64,000 bases of DNA from Octopus bimaculoides. Its lineage: Eukaryota. The translations under genes were made by a program, and so were the position numbers. Below, one piece after another: positions 59,849 through 64,000 of the stretch. Within the stretch, counting starts at the first letter, position 1. Each line of letters begins with the position of its first letter. The DNA lies in contig NC_068988.1 of the NCBI RefSeq assembly GCF_001194135.2, forward strand, positions 9,778,860 through 9,842,859, read 5' to 3'. The notes beneath the pieces are model-generated. The model was not told the DNA's origin. It saw only the letters and a list, made by a program, of their open reading frames with translations, and made no database searches.

Positions 59849-60370
59849 CATTGTTTATGCATACATAAATATATATATATATATATATCAATATATTATA
59901 AATTAACTACCAACAAAAATAATTGGTAAGCTAACTCAAAAAATCATCACCAAAATAGCAGAAAAAAACGACAGTGAAGGTATGTAGACTCTTCAAGAAT
60001 CGATCCTTTTGGTTATATTAATAATAATAATAATAAAGGAGTTATGTATCTATGTGTGTGTTTTTGTATTTGTCTTCCACCATTGCTTAGCAACCAGTGT
60101 TGGTGCGTTTATGTCCCCATGACTTAGCAGTACAACAAAAAACATTAAAAAAAATAAGTAATTCAGTACTGGGATTAATTCGTTTGAATAAAAATCCTTC
60201 AAGCTGGTGCCCCAACATGGCCACAGTTTAACGACTGAAACAAGTGAGACATCAACATCACCACCTTCATGCTTGTTCCTTCCATGTTTTCTGCAAGTTG
60301 GACAAATGTGATGAATGCATCAATCACAAATATTAATTAAGCTCGTTATCTTTTAGCTTCATTAATTTAC

Positions 60371-60455
60371 CTGGCATATATGGCGTTTGCTCTGGCCTCT
60401 TTCACTCGAAATTCTGCAACTTTATATTGGACATATTTTAATCCAAAGAATACAC
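60371..60455 (-). CDS. PEX3: PEX3 first visible exon
   Basis: cag|GT GTA...AG|gtaaat; (G)VFFGLKYVQYKVAEFRVKEARANAIYA(R), cf. human [29 protein letters not shown]. Confidence 0.87.
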
Positions 60456-60579
60456 CTGAAAAAGAAACAGTAAAAAAATTCTATAAAAAATAATGTACAC
60501 ATTACGAGTCTAGGGCTGTTCTCTATATATCACCTGCACTCTTCCTCTCTCTCTCTCTCTCACTCTCCCCCCTGGGACA

Positions 60580-61453
60580 TATGCAGAGATTTAGAGACAT
60601 CCTCATCAAGAAATTTTGATGAGAGGGAGGAGGAACTACAGACATCGGACATAGAAGGTAGCTGGAAATTCCTACAGGACAGCTTGCTGAGTGCCACAGA
60701 CCAAGTCTGCAGATGGTGCAAAGTCCCTTCCAGACCTAGAGTAATGTGGTGGTGGAATAGTACGGTAGACAAAGCTATTAGAGCAAAGAAACAGGCCTGG
60801 AAAGCCTGGAAAGGTGGGGGTAGCAGGGAACTGTACCAGATAGCCAGAAGGGAGGCTGGGCAGCAGGTACACATAGCCATGGGAGAAGCAGAAAAGAAGT
60901 TTGCCAATGTCCAGCGTTGTGAGGACCAAAGAACTGAAGTATTTTGGATTGCAAAACAGTGTGTGAGAGAAAATTGTGATGTCACAAGAGAGAAATGGAT
61001 GATGGTGCACTTGCTTTTAATGATTCTGAAAAGAAAGAGGCTTGGAGAAGCCATTATGAAAGACTGCTGAATGTGGAGAATGAATGGGAGGAGGAGAGCC
61101 TGCCAAATGTTGACCCAGTAGAGGGACCAGCTATCCAAATAGACAGCTCCCTGGTAGCAATTAAGGGTATGAAGCCAGGAAAAGCTCCCTAGCCCATCAG
61201 GAATCACTACTGAGATGCTTAAAATATCTGGTGGTGTAGGCTATGACCTAGTCACCAACATTGTAAACCAGGTAGTTCATGATGGAGTCGCAGCACCATA
61301 GTCAACTGCTACAAGGGTAAAGGTGATGCTCTAGATAGAAATAACTACAGGGGTATCAAACTGCTGGATCAGGTGATGAAGGTCACGGAGAGGGTCATAG
61401 CCCAACTAATTAGGGAGAGAATCTGCTTAGATGAGATGCAGTTCGGTTTTGTG
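60580..61453 (+). mobile_element. Degenerate internal RTE LINE ORF fragment (linker + RT start)
   Basis: WWWNSTVDKAIRAKKQAWKAWK...RELYQIARRE...; YKGKGDALDRNNYRGIKLLDQVMKVTERVIAQLIRERICLDEMQFGF; frameshifts present. Confidence 0.87.
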
Positions 61454-61470
61454 TCTCCTACATTTTCTAA

Positions 61471-61501
<31 letters not shown>

Positions 61502-64000
61502 AAAAAGAAAATGCTATGCTAATTAGCAATACCTTGCTAATTTGGAGTATACCTGATTAACATAGTAATCTTACAAGAGATCATGCAAACATCTCAGCAG
61601 TAACAGAACTTTTATTTATTCAGATATTTTCCCCAAATATATCTACTGATACATATACACAAATCAGTTTGCACTATGTAAATGGCACCAGTGTTGGTGC
61701 CACAAGGGGGGGTGGGAGCATCCAGTACATCCTGTAAAGTGGTTGGCAACAGGAAGGACATCCAGCTGTAGAAATTGGACAAAACAGACATGGCACCTGG
61801 TACAGTTCTCTGGCTTCCCAGCCCCTGTCAACCCATCCCAACCGATGCTAGCATAGAAGATGGACATTAAATGATGACGATGATTTGCAACACAACTCGC
61901 ACACAACATCCTACAAACATTTCCATGTCAATATCTATGAACTAATTCAACAGAAAATCTCTTTTCACATAAACATACCAATTTGAAATATTGGTAACCT
62001 GAGAGTGAACTTGTTTTTTTTTTTTAATTCAGAAGTATGCTCAAAATCTAATTTATACTAAAAAAAAAAACTGGCTTGTAGAATTAGTTAATAAAAATCA
62101 CAGGAAAAACTCCAATGAACAGACTGAAAAGATACATTGGCACAACATTTGGTAAAGTGTTACCAAATGATATTGCAGTTTTAACCTATTACCTACCAGT
62201 GATCTCATGAGATCACTTAAAAATTACAAATTTCGTAATTATCTGTCAATATTTACACATATCTAACCTTTTTGCTATATCTACTAGGTATATTTCTCTG
62301 ATATTCAAATGAGGTTTGCTAATTTTTCACCCAATATCTCGCTTATTTCTATTTAAAATGTTATTTTGAAATGTTATTTTGATCATTCCAGCGTGTTTCT
62401 AAGGCTGTTTTATGCTAGAAATCAAAGTTTCATAAAAAAATTCCAGTTAATAGAATTATGGGAGATAATGGGTTAATTAAGTCAAGACCAATCTCCAAGA
62501 ATTTCTCAAGTACTTTGGATACTATTCAGCTGTTAAACACTTGATTCAACAAGTTATATAAACATACTTGAGAAAAAAATCTTCCATATACTAATTTTTA
62601 AAAAGATGGTTTTGTATGAACAGGTGTAGAAACATAGAGTTATTAATTTCTAAACAGATGTGTCTAGTTTAAAACCCTCACATTTTCACTGACTGAGGAA
62701 AGCAAAAGTTTCAAAGCAATTCAATTGGAGACGTTTATTACCAACTTCCTCTAAAATCTCAAATATTTTTAGTGGCTAAATTTAAATGTTTGGGTTGGTT
62801 TACCTTGTGACAAAAATTTGCAAAAGTTGTGGGGGATCAGATTTAATATAACTTGAAGGGGAAAACACATTACAAGCGTTGGTGTCAGCTTTGTGCCCTT
62901 AACCCTTTTGTTATATTTCTATTGAAATACACAGCTTTTGGTTTTATTAACTTTGTAAAAAGCACTAGTGTTGGCGCCACAGAGATAGCACTCAGTACAT
63001 TCTGTGGTTGGCATTAGGAAGGGCATCCAGCCATACCAAAACAGACAACTGGAGCCAGGTGCAGTTCTCTGGCATATCAATACCTGTCTAACTATCCAAC
63101 TCATGCACAAAGGCGTACTCTTCCTTTCCCCCGGGTCGCATTGATGCAGTACATGGACGCCTCCACTCGTACCTGAATATTGCCCAGTGTGACACCAACT
63201 CCTCAGCCTATCCTGACCTGGGCGACATATTGTACGAAACATTAAATGGTGATAATGAAGAATTTAGTAAATAACTTTCTCACTATTAAGCTGGTTGTTT
63301 GAAATATAATTTAATATAAAACTTGGATGGAAAGGTTAATTCAGACCATTTTAAACATGAAGTTTGTATCGCAGAACAAGGGGCAGTCCTAAGCAGTTTG
63401 GCATTAAAAGGGTTAATTTATGATAAGGTCATAAGGAAGCTGTTGTGACATATGGCATATTATGGGCATTTGTAGACACCTGGCGATGTCCAGCCCTTTC
63501 CATGTTTGACCACAGAGAGATGGTGGAGCTGGGGATTGACCCAGTACAGGACTGGGATTGTATTTATCAACCCCTGGAGGATGAACGACAAAGTTGACCA
63601 TGGGGCTGTTCGAACTCAGAGTGTATCCATTGTTCTAATGACTGTCATCATCATCATCATCATCATCGTCGTTTAACGTCCACTTTCCATGCTAGCATGG
63701 GTTGGACGATTTGACGGAGGACTGGTGAAACCGGATGGCAACACCAGGCTCCAATCTGATTTGGCAGAGTTTCTACAGCTGGATGCCCTTCCTAACGCCA
63801 ACCACTCTGGAGAGTGTAGTGGGTGCTTTTACGTGTCACCCGCACGAAGGCCAGTCAGGCGGTACTGGCAATGGCCACGCAATTCGCAAATTATTAACAA
63901 GTTGTGTCAGTATGTGGAAATGAACTTTTCCTAGTCTCTTTTAATTACAGAAACGTGGGTGAATAAAATAAACAGTATGCTATATATATATAGGCACGAA

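Larger units (their letters stand above)
46794..60455 (-). other. PEX3: Peroxin-3 (peroxisomal biogenesis factor 3) gene, 12 exons visible; first coding exon not found in window
   Basis: 12 GT-AG exons join in frame into a PEX3-like protein (HFTSNQKTCN, LSMLPNLRE, LQIWNQLKLLSFTRTISAVY, RVQLNVIGAYIY, EHLLGEGL, PMAKFIPIIN, AANIYEAF). Confidence 0.95.

Noticed and set aside
62560-62830. Candidate first PEX3 exon (possible donors near 62565 and 62803 on the - strand)
   Set aside because: Translations do not resemble the basic N-terminal PEX3 motif (RHKKK-like) and have no convincing ATG; the exon is probably beyond 64000.

Overview
AT-rich, repeat-dense eukaryotic (metazoan) genomic DNA from a gapped scaffold. 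The repeat complement (tRNA/CORE-like SINEs, RTE LINE tails ending ...CGGACGTTAAACGATGATGAT, abundant (TA)n/(ATT)n/(GAT)n) looks like an octopod cephalopod, probably Octopus; the species is my inference. Two spliced genes lie tail-to-tail. (1) + strand, 157-42428: the 3' part of myosin VIIa (end of motor, IQ motifs, SAH/linker, MyTH4-FERM-SH3-MyTH4-FERM). I walked 32 phase-compatible exons by hand; two are partly hidden in N-gaps. One intron (25794-26698) is a U12-type AT-AC minor-spliceosome intron (ATATCCTTT donor, TTCCTTGAC branch point, AC acceptor). (2) - strand, 60455-46794: peroxin PEX3, 12 short exons, with the first coding exon apparently beyond the window end; the ORF track catches only fragments of it. 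The introns hold several SINE families, RTE and Penelope retroelement fragments, and piggyBac/Tc1/pogo/hAT-type MITEs. They also contain long perfect hairpins and at least three families of minimal hammerhead-ribozyme-like motifs, one with an apparently fixed non-canonical core (CUGUUGA). Repeat boundaries are approximate (tens of nt); exon boundaries were counted base by base. Comparisons with human proteins and named repeat families are from memory and need database confirmation.
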